A DNA stretch of 64,000 nucleotides. Source: an uncultured Gammaproteobacteria bacterium (GTDB lineage Bacteria; Patescibacteriota; Microgenomatia; Woykebacterales; RBG-16-39-9b). The notes below the pieces were generated by a model. That model was given only the letters and a program-made list of their open reading frames with translations. It made no database searches and had not been told where the DNA came from. Positions 1 to 10,186 of the stretch are shown here, in pieces; within the stretch, counting starts at the first letter, position 1, and each line of letters opens with the position of its first letter. The position numbers and the translations under genes were made by a program. The stretch is from contig CAYHXX010000002.1 of NCBI GenBank assembly GCA_964360785.1, forward strand, positions 28,107-92,106, given 5' to 3'.

Positions 1-978
1 ATTTGGTACCTCAATACCAACCAAGGACTTTCCCGGAATTGGAGCTTCTATTCGAACAGTTCCAGTTGGAGCCGCTAACCCAAGGGCAATGTCATTGGAC
101 AAAGCTGTAATCTTGGTAAGTTTTGTTCCAAGGGCAATCTCCAAAGCATATTGGGTAATTGCAGGACCCATATTGACCTCAACTACTCTTGCTTGAATTC
201 CAAAACTTTCAAGTGTTCTTTCGATAATAGAAGCGTTTTGTTTCAAGTCACCTCTCTCGGCTTTGGCACCAAGAGAATCAGTCAGTAAATCAAGAGGTGG
301 GTACTCCCAAACTTGGGACTCTCCAGGTAGATTGGCTACAACTGCAGTACTAATAGCCGGAGTTTCTTCTAGTTTTGGTTTCGGCTGATTTACTTTCATA
401 CCATTGGTGGCAAATGCAGGTTCTTTCTTTTCCTCACCTTCCTTGTTAGCTTTCCCAGCTAGAGTTTTGGCCGCGTTGTAGGAAAAAGATGCTGATTTTC
501 CAACTGCTCCAAACGCTGTTTCCAAAGAAGTATTTAAGGTAACTACTAGAGCAATAAGAGCGGTGATAAACAAAATAAAGGCAGCCCCCGGCTTTGTTAG
601 GAAGTCTCCAAGATATTGGGCAATTGTTGCACCAACCAAACCTGATTGATTGGGGATAAATGTTCCAGTGAACGAAAGTAGAGTTATGAGAAAGATTGAA
701 AAACCAATTGAAGTATTAGCATTGAGAAAAGGCAAGTTTATTTTTAAGAACATCAAACCAAGTAAGACTAACGAAAGTGGGAGGAAAATGACTCCCCAAC
801 CAAAATAATCAAATTCTGCTTGTTTGAGAAGAGCTGCAAAACCGGTATCACTACCCAAGGTAGCTAATAACGACAAACCTGCAAACCCAATCAGAAGCAA
901 ACCAGAAATAGTCTGTAAGGTTTTCTTCTTAAGCTTGAGCTTTATGGGATTTCGGAAAGTTTGTCGTCGTCGGCGCAT
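1..978 (-). CDS. ftsK: DNA translocase FtsK/SpoIIIE (5' part; runs off window start)
   Basis: Manual translation from ATG at 978 (MRRRRQTFRNPIKLK...): N-terminal TM helices, YPPLDLL, TLESFGIQARVVEVNMGPAITQY, VRIEAPIPGKSLVGIEVPN. Confidence 0.95.
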   Translation of the reverse strand, partial: MRRRRQTFRNPIKLKLKKKTLQTISGLLLIGFAGLSLLATLGSDTGFAALLKQAEFDYFGWGVIFLPLSLVLLGLMFLKINLPFLNANTSIGFSIFLITLLSFTGTFIPNQSGLVGATIAQYLGDFLTKPGAAFILFITALIALVVTLNTSLETAFGAVGKSASFSYNAAKTLAGKANKEGEEKKEPAFATNGMKVNQPKPKLEETPAISTAVVANLPGESQVWEYPPLDLLTDSLGAKAERGDLKQNASIIERTLESFGIQARVVEVNMGPAITQYALEIALGTKLTKITALSNDIALGLAAPTGTVRIEAPIPGKSLVGIEVPN

Positions 979-1043
979 TACTTCAATTCTAAACTTTGCT
1001 GCTCGGAGATTCAATGGTAAGAGGTTGAGCAGTAAGTTTTATT

Positions 1044-1081
1044 AGACTAGCAGAAAAAATTTAGAAAGTCAAACTATGGGT
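1044..1081 (-). promoter_or_regulatory. sigma70-type promoter for ftsK with upstream ACCCATAGT box
   Basis: Minus strand ACCCATAGT-TTGACT-17 nt-TAGTCT with TG extension. Confidence 0.65.
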
Positions 1082-1212
1082 TGTTTAAGAAGATAACTTG
1101 AAATCCTTCATTATATATACTACCCAAAATAAAATCCCAATAAGAACTACTAGTAAGATAGTTGCTACAACCAACAAAATTCTGGTTAAACTTTTTGAAT
1201 TCATTTACTTAA

Positions 1213-2904
1213 TTAGATCTCGACAATAACTGGCACAACCATAGGTTTCCGCTGCGTTTTTTGGTAGAGAAAGCGCTCGAGGTCATTGGTGACCTTTTCT
1301 TTTACACTCATCCAGTTTTTTATCTTGTTACCACCATTCAGAGATTTCTTGATCACATTTGTTGCTTCTTTGATCAAAGGTTCAGATTGTTTCATATAAA
1401 CAAACCCACGGGAAACCAGATCCGGCTCTCCAATAATAGCTCCTCGAGCTTTATCGATGGTAAGGATAACGACTACAATCCCTTCTTCTGCCAAAACTTT
1501 GCGGTCGCGCAGCACCACTTCACCAACATCACCAACACCAATACCATCAACAAAGATATTTTCAGTGGGTATCTCTCCTACAATCTTGGCTCCCTGTTCA
1601 CTAAACTCTATTACCCCAGCTTCATCAACTATTAAGACGTTTTGTTTTGGGATCCCAGTACTTTCAGCCAATACCCCGTACTGTTTCATCATTCGATGCA
1701 TCGCTGAGATAGGAACAGCGTATTTTGGTTTGGTCAAGGAAAGCATCAAGATCAGCTCGTCTTGGGCAGCGTGCCCAGAGACGTGGAAGTCAGAAGTGAT
1801 ATCAGAATAGAGAACATTGGCTCCGAGTCTTGAGAGATTATCAATCATTTCATAAACGGCGTCTTGGTTCCCTGGGATTGGGTCAGCCGAAAAAACAACT
1901 TCGTCGCCTGGTTTGATACAAATAAAACGGTGATCGCTGTTGGCAATTCGATTTAGAGCACTACCCGGTTGTCCTTGGCTGCCAGCAACGATTAAAGTCA
2001 AGTTCTTATCGTTAGTTCGTTCGATTTCCTCTTGTTTAATGAGAAGATCCTTCGGGATTGAAATGTAGCCGAGATTTTGGGCGGTAAGCAAATTATTGTC
2101 CATGGACCGACCGACAACACAAACCTTGCGGTGAAACTTGATGGAAGCGTTTATAGCTTGTTGGACTCGGGAAATGTTTGAAGCAAATGTAGTGATTATT
2201 ACCCTTCCTTTGGCATTCTCCATCACTTTCTCAAACTTTTCTTGAATTGCTGCCTCCGAAAGTGTGTTACCAGGCTTTTCGCTACGTAAACAATCACTCA
2301 TGAGAGCGAGAACTCCTTTTCGTCCATACTCAGTCAAAAGATCAACATCTGTGGTTTTCCCATCGAGCGGTGTCCAGTCAAATTTGTAGTCTCCAGTGTG
2401 GATAGTAGTACCAAGTGGGGTGGTAAGAGCGTAGCCGACAGAATCTGGTATCGAGTGGCTTACACGAAACGCTTCGACTCGAAATGCTCCCAGATTAAAC
2501 TGCTCCCCAGGATTAATCTGAACAATTTTAGTTGTATTGAGTTTATTGGCTTCCTTAAGTTTATTTTTAATCAAACCGACAGTTAACCGAGTGGCATAAA
2601 CAGTTGTGTTTAACTTATCAATCAAATAAGGAATTGCGCCAATATGGTCTTCATGGCCGTGAGTGATAAGTAAACCCCGAATTTTCTTTTGTTTATCTCG
2701 CAAATAGGAAACATCTGGAATCACCATATCCACCCCATAGAGCTGCTCACTGGGAAAACCCATACCGCAATCAACTAAAACAATGTCGTCACCATATTCG
2801 TAGACAAACATGTTTTTGGTAACCTGACCATTACCTCCAAGAGGTATGAACTTTAAAACTTTTTTATTTTGTTGACTATTCTGAGAATTAAATTTTTTAT
2901 CCAT
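1213..2904 (-). CDS. rnj: Ribonuclease J
   Basis: PLGG...KNM, THGHEDHIGA, HTGDYKFD, HVSGHA metallo-beta-lactamase/beta-CASP motifs; start placed at ATG 2904. Confidence 0.96.
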   Translation of the reverse strand: MDKKFNSQNSQQNKKVLKFIPLGGNGQVTKNMFVYEYGDDIVLVDCGMGFPSEQLYGVDMVIPDVSYLRDKQKKIRGLLITHGHEDHIGAIPYLIDKLNTTVYATRLTVGLIKNKLKEANKLNTTKIVQINPGEQFNLGAFRVEAFRVSHSIPDSVGYALTTPLGTTIHTGDYKFDWTPLDGKTTDVDLLTEYGRKGVLALMSDCLRSEKPGNTLSEAAIQEKFEKVMENAKGRVIITTFASNISRVQQAINASIKFHRKVCVVGRSMDNNLLTAQNLGYISIPKDLLIKQEEIERTNDKNLTLIVAGSQGQPGSALNRIANSDHRFICIKPGDEVVFSADPIPGNQDAVYEMIDNLSRLGANVLYSDITSDFHVSGHAAQDELILMLSLTKPKYAVPISAMHRMMKQYGVLAESTGIPKQNVLIVDEAGVIEFSEQGAKIVGEIPTENIFVDGIGVGDVGEVVLRDRKVLAEEGIVVVILTIDKARGAIIGEPDLVSRGFVYMKQSEPLIKEATNVIKKSLNGGNKIKNWMSVKEKVTNDLERFLYQKTQRKPMVVPVIVEI

Positions 2905-2932
2905 AACTTTGTTTATTTTAGTCTTCAATTTG

Positions 2933-3553
2933 CTAGAAGAGCTTCACCTGATTTGTATCTTCGTCTGGGTCCTTCTCTATCATAAAGCCCTGATCTGGAT
3001 TTTGCAGCAACTCTTTATTCTTAAGGAAATCCTCCTGAAAAGCTTGCATCATCCCAGTACCTCTCAAAGCGGCTGCCGGGTGATACATCGGGATCACAAT
3101 GTAAACTCCGACTCTTCTAGCTTGCCCGTGAACTGCTGAAATCTTGACACTGGGCAAAAACTTCGCCATCGAGAACCTTCCTAAGGTAACTACAATCTTT
3201 GGCCGAATTATCAAAAGTTGCTGATCAAGCCAATGGCTACAGGAAAGTATTTCACTTGGAAATGGGTCTCGGTTTTCCGGTGGTCGGTGCTTGACTACAT
3301 TTCCAATAAAAACTTCACTTCTTTTCAAGCCTACTTTCTCAAGCGTGCTATCAAGTAACTTGCCAGCCCGACCGACAAATGGTCGTCCCGATTGATCCTC
3401 AAAGTAACCAGGACCTTCACCAATAAAGAAGATCTTGGCGTTTGGGTCACCCTCTCCCGAAACTGCGTTGGTAGTACCTTTGTAAAGAGGACAAGCAGTA
3501 CACTTTTTGATTTTCTCACTTAAGTTTTCAAGAGCAATCTCGTTACTTTCCAT
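2933..3553 (-). CDS. Uracil-DNA glycosylase family 4
   Basis: CTACPL, GEGPG, GRPFVGRAG, HRPPENR, YHPAA motifs. Confidence 0.93.
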   Translation of the reverse strand: MESNEIALENLSEKIKKCTACPLYKGTTNAVSGEGDPNAKIFFIGEGPGYFEDQSGRPFVGRAGKLLDSTLEKVGLKRSEVFIGNVVKHRPPENRDPFPSEILSCSHWLDQQLLIIRPKIVVTLGRFSMAKFLPSVKISAVHGQARRVGVYIVIPMYHPAAALRGTGMMQAFQEDFLKNKELLQNPDQGFMIEKDPDEDTNQVKLF

Positions 3554-3619
3554 AATCGAGTCTTCAAGATTATATGACGCCTCAGCGACATATATTCAAG
3601 CCATCGAAAAAATATAGTG

Positions 3620-5713
3620 TTACCCTTCAAACTTCCGGGTTAGATTGAGCCTGCCCTTTTCATCCACCTCTTTGACGATCACATCAATTTTTTGACCCAA
3701 CTTAACTTCGCGATTTATATCCTCAACCCGGTACGGAGCGATTGCCGAAATATGAACCAAACCCTCTAGCCCTGGCATAATCTCCACAAAAGCCCCAAAC
3801 GGCATTATTTTTTTGATCGTTCCAGAAAACTGTTCCCCTGGTTTTGGTTCGTGTGTCAAACCATCAATAATTTTCATGGCTTCTTCGGTTTTCTCTGGGT
3901 CGTTTCCGGAAATCATCACCGTACCATCATCTTCGATATCAATCTCGACGCCAGTATCTTCGATAATCTTATTGATTGTTTTACCACCAGTACCGATCAC
4001 AGCACCGATTTTCTTTGGTGAAATATGCATGACACTCACTCTTGGAGCGTATTTGGACATATCTTCACGAACCTTGGGCATTACTTCAAGCATCTTGCCG
4101 AGAATGTGATCGCGCCCAACTTTTCCATCTTTGAAAGTTTCTTTAACCATTTCTATTGTCAGCCCGTCAATTTTTACATCTAGCTGGATTGCGGTAATAC
4201 CTTTTTCTGTTCCGGCAATCTTGAAGTCCATATCGCCATAAAAATCTTCGAGTGCTTGAATATCTGTCAGAACTTTCCAGGTATCACCTTCTGTGACCAG
4301 CCCCATGGCAATACCAGAAACTGGAGCTGAGATAGGAACACCTGCGTCCATCAAAGCTAGTATTGATCCACAAGTAGATCCCATTGAAGTTGATCCAGAA
4401 GAACTCATTACCTCAGAAACTACTCGCACAGTGTAGGGAAATTTATCCGATGGCGGCATTACATTTACCATAGCTTTCTCCGCAAGTGCGCCATGACCAA
4501 TTTCGCGTCTTCCAGGAGTACCCATACGACGTACCTCTCCAGTAGAGAATGGTGGGAAGTAGTAGTGGTGCATGAAACGTTTTGTTTCTTCACCTTCCAT
4601 AGTGTCAATCATCTGCTCAAGTGACGTAGATCCGAGAGTAGCTACTGACAAAACGTGGGTCTCACCGCGTTTGAAAAGTGCAGAACCATGAGTTCGTGGT
4701 AACAAACCAACCTCAACCTCGATCTTACGGACATCCTGTGTTTTACGTCCATCTGGGCGCTTACCTTCGTCAATAATAGCTTCTCGCACCATTTTCTTCA
4801 CAGTTTCTTCAAAGATCTCGGTCATTACATCTTTGGAAAGCTTACCTTCATAGTCAACAAAGATTGCTTCTTTCAGCTCTTCAGCGGCTGTCTCACGATC
4901 AGCTCTTTCTGCGTTAAACAACTTTTCCTTGAAGTTGTCTTTGATGTGCTGAACAATTTCTTTCTTGAGCTCCTGATTAACCTCTTTGATTTCGTAAGAA
5001 TGGTCAACCTTTCCAACTTCCTTGACCCATTGATCAATAAAGTCAAAAACTGGCTCAACGCTCTTTTTGGCAAACTCAATTGCCTCGAGAACTGTCTTTT
5101 CTGGAACTTCTTTGGCTTCCGCTTCGATCATAACTGTTTTATCGCGGTTGAAAGTCACCAGCAGTTGCAATTCGCTTTGTTCCTCCTGAGTATGGGTTGG
5201 GTTTAGTACAAACTTACCGTCGATAAGTCCGACTGTAGCCGAGGCTACTGGACCCTTCCAAGGTACGCTGGAACTTTTGATGGCTGCTGAAGCGGCAATC
5301 AAACCAAGGTTGGCGGCGTCGTTTTCCATATCATAAGAAAGTACAGTGATGATCACTTGGACTTGATTGAAATAATCTTTGGGAAAAAGGGGTCTGATGG
5401 AACGGTCGATCAATCTGCCCGAAAGTATGGCATTCTCAGTCGGACGACCTTCGCGTTTGATAAATCTCGATCCAGAGATTCTTCCGGAAGCGTAAAACTT
5501 TTCCTCAAACTCAACTGAGAGTGGAAAGTAGCCCAGGTCTTCTGAGGCTTGCGCGTGAACTACGGTAACTAGTACAACGGTATCACCATATTGGGCAAGA
5601 ATCGTACTATCAGCTTGGGTCTCAATCCGACCGGTTTCAAAGCTTAAAGTCCGACCTCCCCAGGTAATTTCTTTTTTAATAACACCTTGGTTTTTAGCAG
5701 ATTTTTCTGTCAT
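3620..5713 (-). CDS. pnp: Polyribonucleotide nucleotidyltransferase (PNPase)
   Basis: RLIDRSIRPLFP, RREIGHGALAE, GDMDFKIAG, KH and S1 domains. Confidence 0.98.
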   Translation of the reverse strand: MTEKSAKNQGVIKKEITWGGRTLSFETGRIETQADSTILAQYGDTVVLVTVVHAQASEDLGYFPLSVEFEEKFYASGRISGSRFIKREGRPTENAILSGRLIDRSIRPLFPKDYFNQVQVIITVLSYDMENDAANLGLIAASAAIKSSSVPWKGPVASATVGLIDGKFVLNPTHTQEEQSELQLLVTFNRDKTVMIEAEAKEVPEKTVLEAIEFAKKSVEPVFDFIDQWVKEVGKVDHSYEIKEVNQELKKEIVQHIKDNFKEKLFNAERADRETAAEELKEAIFVDYEGKLSKDVMTEIFEETVKKMVREAIIDEGKRPDGRKTQDVRKIEVEVGLLPRTHGSALFKRGETHVLSVATLGSTSLEQMIDTMEGEETKRFMHHYYFPPFSTGEVRRMGTPGRREIGHGALAEKAMVNVMPPSDKFPYTVRVVSEVMSSSGSTSMGSTCGSILALMDAGVPISAPVSGIAMGLVTEGDTWKVLTDIQALEDFYGDMDFKIAGTEKGITAIQLDVKIDGLTIEMVKETFKDGKVGRDHILGKMLEVMPKVREDMSKYAPRVSVMHISPKKIGAVIGTGGKTINKIIEDTGVEIDIEDDGTVMISGNDPEKTEEAMKIIDGLTHEPKPGEQFSGTIKKIMPFGAFVEIMPGLEGLVHISAIAPYRVEDINREVKLGQKIDVIVKEVDEKGRLNLTRKFEG

Positions 5714-5727
5714 TTATTTTTTATTTG

Positions 5728-5806
5728 AGGGAAGAACAAGTGCCAACGTGACCAAAGAAGCATTTCCCGAACCCTGCCTTGGTTACATCGGCTCTCAAAT
5801 TCCCTT
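5728..5806 (-). promoter_or_regulatory. Long imperfect stem-loop in rpsO-pnp intergenic region (possible RNase III/autoregulatory leader)
   Basis: AGGGAA/TTCCCT and GATGTAACCAAGG/CTTTGGTCACGTT pairings on the minus strand; analogous position to the E. coli pnp leader. Confidence 0.55.
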
Positions 5807-5838
5807 TTTTACTCCTTAATAATATTTTAATAGTAATC

Positions 5839-6108
5839 TTACTTACTTAGTCCCAACTTCTCGACAATTTGTTTGTAGCGGTCTGGGTCTTTTCTTGTCA
5901 AATACATCAGAATCCGACGTCTCTTATTGACCATCTGCAAAAGACCCCGACGGGAATGGACATCCTGCTTGTGCAGCTTGAGATGTTCTGTCAGTTTCTT
6001 AACTCGCTCGGTCAAAAGTGCGATTTGGACTTCTGGTGAACCAGTATCGCCCTCGTGTTGAGCGTAATCAGATAATATTTTTTGCTTTTCTTCTTTTACT
6101 AAACTCAT
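5839..6108 (-). CDS. rpsO: 30S ribosomal protein S15
   Basis: [13 protein letters not shown]...[12 protein letters not shown]. Confidence 0.98.
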   Translation of the reverse strand: MSLVKEEKQKILSDYAQHEGDTGSPEVQIALLTERVKKLTEHLKLHKQDVHSRRGLLQMVNKRRRILMYLTRKDPDRYKQIVEKLGLSK

Positions 6109-6249
6109 AAATTCTTATTTATACGTCTTCGTATATTTTTTTAGTAGTTTTTGGCAGCATTTTAATTATAACTCGCTAGAGTTACAAGCGCGAGATGTAT
6201 TCTTGCGATTATACCAGACTCTAGCTTCAACTTTCAACCTAGAACAAAC

Positions 6250-7071
6250 TTAAGACACTCTTGAGCTTCGGAAAATTTTTGGTGAAAGCCAATTTTCAGG
6301 AGTTTCTTGCTTCTCAGTTTCCTCTGTTTTGGTCGTCTCCTTTTCAAAACTGACCATCCCCGGTATCATACAGCGCTTTAGGTAAGCTGCTGCCTCAAAG
6401 GTTGTTGGGTCAGAAACTGCCGTGAAATTGTTGGTTGCTTCTCTGATACCGACCAACATTATCTCCGCTGCTTTTGTTGGCAAAAGAATTTTCGCATTCT
6501 TGAATGTATTGGTTGCCAGATAACAAACCCCGTCTGTAGTTGTTGAAACTAAGTTAATTTTTGCAAACTGTGTGTTTTCTCGATTTGTATCAAAATTCAG
6601 GCTTGGTAGTCGGTTGAAAAGATCAAGCTCTACACCGAAATTTCTCAATTCCTCAAGGTTGGCAACCCCAACCGTTAGAACCAAGTCAAACTTCTGTCCC
6701 TTATAAGAATAGGTTATATCTGCTGGATTGATTCTTTTTCCGTGTGAATTAACTATCAGGTCAAACCTGTTGCCTTCGATGTTGTAACTTACTTTATCAA
6801 GCTGAGCTGCCGCCCAGTCAAAACTAATGACCAAACTTTCTGGGTCAAGTTTTGCTCTAATAAATTCTGGTTTTACTAGGGGTCTAGCTGCTATCGGAAG
6901 TTCTCTATTTGTCAGAAGCAAACTTTGCTTTTTGTAGGCCCCAAAAATTTCAACCAAACTCGCTGCTAAACAAGCAAGGTCATTATCCATATTGTCGCCC
7001 AGGATAACCAGAGCGCTCTGGGATTTGTCAAACAATTCTTTTAGCTGAAAACTGACAACATTAATCTGCAT
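6250..7071 (-). CDS. DHH-family phosphoesterase-like protein, catalytic motifs degenerate
   Basis: Motif order like DHH proteins (NMDND, FDLVLTVG, NFDTNREN..F, GIREATNNF) but the DHH histidines are absent; lies after infB. Confidence 0.6.
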   Translation of the reverse strand: MQINVVSFQLKELFDKSQSALVILGDNMDNDLACLAASLVEIFGAYKKQSLLLTNRELPIAARPLVKPEFIRAKLDPESLVISFDWAAAQLDKVSYNIEGNRFDLIVNSHGKRINPADITYSYKGQKFDLVLTVGVANLEELRNFGVELDLFNRLPSLNFDTNRENTQFAKINLVSTTTDGVCYLATNTFKNAKILLPTKAAEIMLVGIREATNNFTAVSDPTTFEAAAYLKRCMIPGMVSFEKETTKTEETEKQETPENWLSPKIFRSSRVS

Positions 7072-7115
7072 AAGCTAATTCAGTATAATAAAGACACTAG
7101 ATAATACTATGGGTA

Positions 7116-8591
7116 TTAAGAAAATGCAACAATAACATCGCCTTTGTCAAAATCGGCGAAATTCTCAAACAATAAACCACATTCTTCACCTTCCTTGGCC
7201 GTGTTAATTTCTTTTTGGAGATGACGAATACTTTTTATCCTAGTAGTTCCAATCTCCTCTTCATCCCTGAGAAATCTTACGCGATCACCTTTAGCTAATC
7301 GGGACTCAGTTATCTTTGTTCCCGCAATTTTTCCGTAGCTCGTGTCAAAGATCGCAATGATCTGACCTCGACCTAAAATCTTCTCGCGTTTTGCATCAAC
7401 CAGAAGTTCCAATCCTTCTTTTAGTTCATCAAGCAATTCGTAGATAATACTGTAGGAACGAATCATTACTTTTTCCTCTTCAGCAAGCTTTTCCGCTGAC
7501 TTCGCAATTTTTACGTTGAAAGAAATTATTAGTGCTTTTGTTGAGGCAGCCAATAGCACATCGGAGTCTGAAACTTCTCCAGTTTCTTTGTGAACAATAT
7601 TGACCTTACGTTCCTGATCACTCAAGGATTCGATTGCTGCGATTATAGCTTCCAAAGAACCGACAACATCTGCTTTCACAATTAGATTTATCTGGGTTTT
7701 TCCACTATTGGCTAGGGAAGCGAATGGGTCTCTTTTTTCGACTTTCTCTTCTGAAGTATCTACCTCTGAGTTCGCTGCGTTTACCAAGGTCACAACCTCA
7801 CCTACGCCTGGAACTTTTTCAAACCCGAGAATTTCGACTGGCATTGAAACACCAGCTTCTTTTTGTTGTTTTCCATCACTATCAATCAGTGATTTAACTT
7901 TCCCAAAACATTCTTTACTTTTTATCTGGTCGCCGATTTTCAGTTTGCCTTTTTTTACCAAAATAGTTGCTAGCGGACCACGAAATTTATCAAGGGAGGA
8001 TTCAATCACAACACCTTCAAAATTTGCAGAACTTTCATCTTTCAACTCTGCCATTTCGGCCACAAGGTTGATCATTTCAAGAAGATCGTCCACACCTTGC
8101 CCAGTCTTAGCTGAGATGGGAACAGTCACAACATCGCCACCATAACCTTCCGCCAAAACCCCAGCTTCTGAGAGCCCTTTTTTTACCCGATCAACGTTGG
8201 CACCAGGAGCGTCCATCTTGTTTATCGCAACTATCATTGGAACCCCAGCGCTCTTGATGTGAGTAATCGATTCTTTTGTCTGTGGCATCACACCATCATC
8301 TGCAGCAACCACCAGAATAACAATATCAGTTATGTTTGCCCCGCGAGCACGCATGGCGGAAAAAGCCGCGTGTCCCGGAGTATCAATAAAGGTAATCGTC
8401 TTACCATCTTTGGTGATCTGATAAGCACCAATGTGCTGAGTGATACCACCATGTTCTTTTTCGGCAACTTTTGTGCTACGGATGTAATCTAGAAGAGTGG
8501 TCTTACCATGGTCAACATGACCCATGATAGTAACAATTGGGGCTCGTGAGGGAGTATTCTTTTTTGTAGTTTCTGTTTTTGTTTTTGCCAC
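7116..8591 (-). CDS. infB: Translation initiation factor IF-2 (short form)
   Basis: [35 protein letters not shown]; lacks long N-terminal domain. Confidence 0.97.
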   Translation of the reverse strand: MAKTKTETTKKNTPSRAPIVTIMGHVDHGKTTLLDYIRSTKVAEKEHGGITQHIGAYQITKDGKTITFIDTPGHAAFSAMRARGANITDIVILVVAADDGVMPQTKESITHIKSAGVPMIVAINKMDAPGANVDRVKKGLSEAGVLAEGYGGDVVTVPISAKTGQGVDDLLEMINLVAEMAELKDESSANFEGVVIESSLDKFRGPLATILVKKGKLKIGDQIKSKECFGKVKSLIDSDGKQQKEAGVSMPVEILGFEKVPGVGEVVTLVNAANSEVDTSEEKVEKRDPFASLANSGKTQINLIVKADVVGSLEAIIAAIESLSDQERKVNIVHKETGEVSDSDVLLAASTKALIISFNVKIAKSAEKLAEEEKVMIRSYSIIYELLDELKEGLELLVDAKREKILGRGQIIAIFDTSYGKIAGTKITESRLAKGDRVRFLRDEEEIGTTRIKSIRHLQKEINTAKEGEECGLLFENFADFDKGDVIVAFS

Positions 8592-8609
8592 AACAGGTTT
8601 CTTTCCACT

Positions 8610-9674
8610 TTAATTTTCTTTGGTTTTAGTTTTCTTCTTGAGCGCTGCTTTCTTTGGTTTCGCCACTTTCTTTTCTTTAGTTTTACCTGATTCTTTAGTT
8701 TCCTTGATTTTCACTTCTTCCTTTAAGGATTCTAGGCCTTCAGCACCTTTAATATCTATTCTCCAACCAGTTAATTTAGCTCCCAATCTAACATTTTGCC
8801 CGTCCTTACCAATGGCAAGTGAAAGCTGGTCTTCTGGAACTTCGACATGAGCTGTTTTTTCTGCTTCATCAATCGCTACTTTCCCCACAGTTGCGGGTGA
8901 AAGTGAAGAGGCAACAAACTTTGCTGGATCGTCGCTGTACTGGATGATATCAATTTTTTCATTTCCCAGTTCTGCAATAACTGCCTGAACTCGGACACCT
9001 TTTTGGCCAACACAACTTCCAACGGGATCCACCCCTGCTTGACGAGAAAAAACCGCAACTTTACTGCGCGATCCTGCTTCCCGAGAAATTGATTTTATTT
9101 CCACCAAACCGGAGCCGATTTCTGGAACTTCTAGTTTAAATAGGCCTTCAACCAACCCTTTGTGAGCACGGGAGACAACAATTTCCTGTCCTCGAGAACC
9201 TTCACGAATACCAACGATATAAAATTTCAGTCTTTGGTTGAGCCGAAGGTCTTCACCAGTCATTCGCTCTGCAGCTGGCATGGTACCCTCGGTCTTGCCA
9301 ATATCCACAACGACATTCGGCCCTTCAAGTCTCTGGACCATTCCGTTGACAATAGTTCCAACTTTTTTCTCATACTCGGTCAGAATGGCACCTTTTTCGG
9401 CTTCACGAATTCTTTGCAAAAGTACTTGTTTAGCAGTTTGGGCGGCAATCCTACCAAAACCTTCTGGGGTCACTTCTTTACCTTCTTTAAAGACTTTGAC
9501 GCCACCGTGCTCGGTATCTAGTTCAACTACAAGCTCATCGTCTTCTGATCCATAGTCTTTACGAAAAGCTGCTTTGATTGCTTCTTTCATGATGCTAACT
9601 ACTTCTTCTGGTTCAACACCACGTTCAGCTGCTGCTTGATTAAGGGCGGCTGCAAATTCTGTTCTCAGTGCCAC
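8610..9674 (-). CDS. nusA: Transcription termination/antitermination factor NusA
   Basis: FGRIAAQTAKQV, REAGSRSKVAV, LSLAIGKDGQNVRL; SD AGGAGG before GTG. Confidence 0.97.
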   Translation of the reverse strand: MALRTEFAAALNQAAAERGVEPEEVVSIMKEAIKAAFRKDYGSEDDELVVELDTEHGGVKVFKEGKEVTPEGFGRIAAQTAKQVLLQRIREAEKGAILTEYEKKVGTIVNGMVQRLEGPNVVVDIGKTEGTMPAAERMTGEDLRLNQRLKFYIVGIREGSRGQEIVVSRAHKGLVEGLFKLEVPEIGSGLVEIKSISREAGSRSKVAVFSRQAGVDPVGSCVGQKGVRVQAVIAELGNEKIDIIQYSDDPAKFVASSLSPATVGKVAIDEAEKTAHVEVPEDQLSLAIGKDGQNVRLGAKLTGWRIDIKGAEGLESLKEEVKIKETKESGKTKEKKVAKPKKAALKKKTKTKEN

Positions 9675-9762
9675 TTTTGTTTTCCTCCTAAATACTTACT
9701 ACCTTATTTTAAGTATTAAAAAAGTAAATTCACTTCGTTCTTTGCTTTTTTTGATCTAGATC

Positions 9763-9788
9763 AAAAAAAGTGGGACGTTATCCCACTT
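9763..9788 (-). promoter_or_regulatory. rimP-leader-like terminator/attenuator hairpin upstream of nusA
   Basis: Minus strand AAGTGGGA-TAACG-TCCCACTT-TTTTT; AGTGGG/CCCACT hairpin typical of rimP-nusA-infB leaders. Confidence 0.7.
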
Positions 9789-9881
9789 AAAGTAAGGCTA
9801 ATTAAACTAGTTGACAATATAGCACTTGGAACCTCGCTGGTCAAGACCGTTGGTACTAGTTTTTATTAATTGGCAGTGCTA

Positions 9882-9910
9882 TTGACAAATTTTTGCCTCA
9901 AGCATAAAAT
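9882..9910 (+). promoter_or_regulatory. sigma70 promoter of tRNA/ncRNA operon
   Basis: TTGACA-17 nt-TAAAAT, 15 nt before the first tRNA. Confidence 0.85.
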
Positions 9911-9925
9911 CTGCAATTGTGTGCT

Positions 9926-10000
9926 GGTCCTGTAGCTCAGGGGTAGAGCCGGAGATTCCAAATCTCTAAGTCGGAGGTTCGATTCCTCCCAGGGCCGCCA
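9926..10000 (+). tRNA. tRNA-Trp (CCA)
   Basis: Cloverleaf: GGTCCTG/CAGGGCC, D GCTC/GAGC, anticodon arm GGAGA-TTCCAAA-TCTCT, T arm GGAGG-TTCGATT-CCTCC, G73, CCA. Confidence 0.88.
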
Positions 10001-10002
10001 AC

Positions 10003-10077
10003 GCGGAAGTAGCTCAGTGGTAGAGCACTAGATAGGGGATCTAGGGGCCACACGTTCGAATCGTGTCTTCCGCTCCA
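10003..10077 (+). tRNA. Irregular tRNA: GGG (Pro) anticodon with A33 on a Gly-type acceptor stem
   Basis: GCGGAAG/CTTCCGC + U73 + CCA; anticodon arm CTAGA-TAGGGGA-TCTAG; T arm ACACG-TTCGAAT-CGTGT. Confidence 0.8.
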
Positions 10078-10081
10078 AGAG

Positions 10082-10104
10082 AGATTCCTCCGCTTTGTCG
10101 GAGT
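10082..10104 (+). repeat. Trailer hairpin copy 1 (AGATTCCTCCG-N6-CGGAGT)
   Basis: Arms identical to 10303-10325; loops differ. Confidence 0.8.
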
Positions 10105-10107
10105 AAA

Positions 10108-10183
10108 GGGTGCATAGCTCAACTGGAAGAGCGTTCCCTTCGCAAGGGAAAGGTTGGAGGTTCGAGCCCTCTTGCATCCACCA
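10108..10183 (+). tRNA. tRNA-Ala (CGC)
   Basis: GGGTGCA/TGCATCC with G3:U70, anticodon arm TTCCC-TTCGCAA-GGGAA, A73, CCA. Confidence 0.93.
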
Positions 10184-10186
10184 AAC

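Noticed and set aside
824-1045. 73-aa plus-strand ORF
   Set aside because: Antisense to the ftsK 5' end and promoter.
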